A stretch of DNA of 64,000 bases, from positions 103,866 to 167,865 of the forward strand of contig NIVC01002120.1 in the NCBI GenBank assembly GCA_002269645.1, given 5' to 3'. A model generated the notes under the pieces. The model did not search any database, was not told where the DNA came from, and saw nothing but the letters and a program-made list of their open reading frames with translations. Of this stretch, positions 63,071 to 64,000 are shown one piece after another. The stretch comes from Macrostomum lignano (lineage: Eukaryota). The position numbers were made by a program, and so were the translations under genes. The stretch's first letter is position 1, and each line of letters begins with the position of its first letter.

Positions 63071-63522
63071 TCTTGCAACAAGATAATCTAGTGACAGACA
63101 ATCCAGCAACAATCAATCTGGTGACAAAGTATAATAAAAGGCTGTTATATTTAATTCATTTTTTTGGCATTTAAACAGATGAGAGAGTTTTGATTGTTTT
63201 AATTATATATTATTGTTATTAATTATTATTATTGATATTTATTTTTTAGAATATATGCAAAAACAATTTTAAGGATTAGAATTTAGTGGGTTCAAAATGT
63301 ACAGATTTTGATCAATAGCTTCTTTTCTTATAATGATAATATTGCTTTAAAAAAGGGAAACTGCATTTATAAATAGATATCTTCTTTCTTTATTTTTACT
63401 AAGGGCTGCATACTAGTTTCATAATCAGATACATGATTACATTACAAAATCGGTCACCAGATTGTCTATTGCCAAGCTGACTGTTGCTGGATTGTTTGTC
63501 ACCAGATTGTCTTGTTGCAGGA
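63071..63522. mobile_element. Degenerate MITE-like element (imperfect terminal inverted repeats of about 45-55 bp)
   Basis: TCTTGCAACAAGATAATCTAGTGACAGACAATCCAGCAACA (63071) vs the reverse complement of 63480-63522; AT-rich interior. Confidence 0.55.
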
Positions 63523-64000
63523 ACTTAGGAAGCCAATTCAAAGTCTTAACATTCAACATTCTTAGCCAAATAGTTTTATTGTTTATCAATTATTTTCATC
63601 TAATGCAATAAATACTTAGCTACATAAATTTACCCATAATTACTTATAAATGTAAATATAGTACAATTGTTACTTAATAAAATTTGTTAAACTGTCAATA
63701 ATTTCTAGAAATCACATATGCACAACTGCCAACTGCTGGCCAACCTGATTGATTTGGCTACCATAAATTATGGTAAACCAGATATAAGTCACAAAAATGC
63801 CTACCCAAAAAGAATATAGAGATGGTACTAATTAGATGATGAGGCATTTAGCTTTAATAAGATAGTCTTAGTTATTCTTGCTATTTACCTAGTCACTTGA
63901 GTAACTTCTCTTTTTAGTCTTTTGCACAGGAATGCCAAAGCCATTTATTCAAATAGGGCTGCATAGGTGTGACCGTTTGAAGTATGCCTGCGTGGCATTC

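Overview
Eukaryotic (metazoan) DNA. Very GC-rich exons, GT-AG introns filled with unrelated minisatellites and AT-rich flanks resemble the flatworm Macrostomum, but the species is my inference only. Two minus-strand genes are present. (1) A Fat-like (FAT1-3/kugelei-type) cadherin: I traced 12 phase-compatible coding exons from the ATG at 54235 down to 3873, giving about 3,320 aa of signal peptide plus cadherin repeats. The gene continues beyond the window start, and exon 1 has a 1-nt frameshift. (2) A type I diacylglycerol kinase (EF-hands, two C1 domains, catalytic and accessory domains) in 4 exons at 57084-60557. Nearly every intron carries its own minisatellite. One 26-kb intron holds a 15.5-kb higher-order satellite and a duplicated 29/48-bp composite array. 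The most interesting signals: three splice donors of the cadherin sit inside the first unit of a minisatellite that repeats the donor (in-frame for exon 1); complementary G/C-rich arrays flank a one-domain symmetric exon; TGA(C/G)TCA motifs occur in dense arrays; and a foldback element has a 6-bp target-site duplication. No CRISPR array, rRNA or intact transposase was seen. All coordinates were read by hand, and repeat boundaries are approximate.
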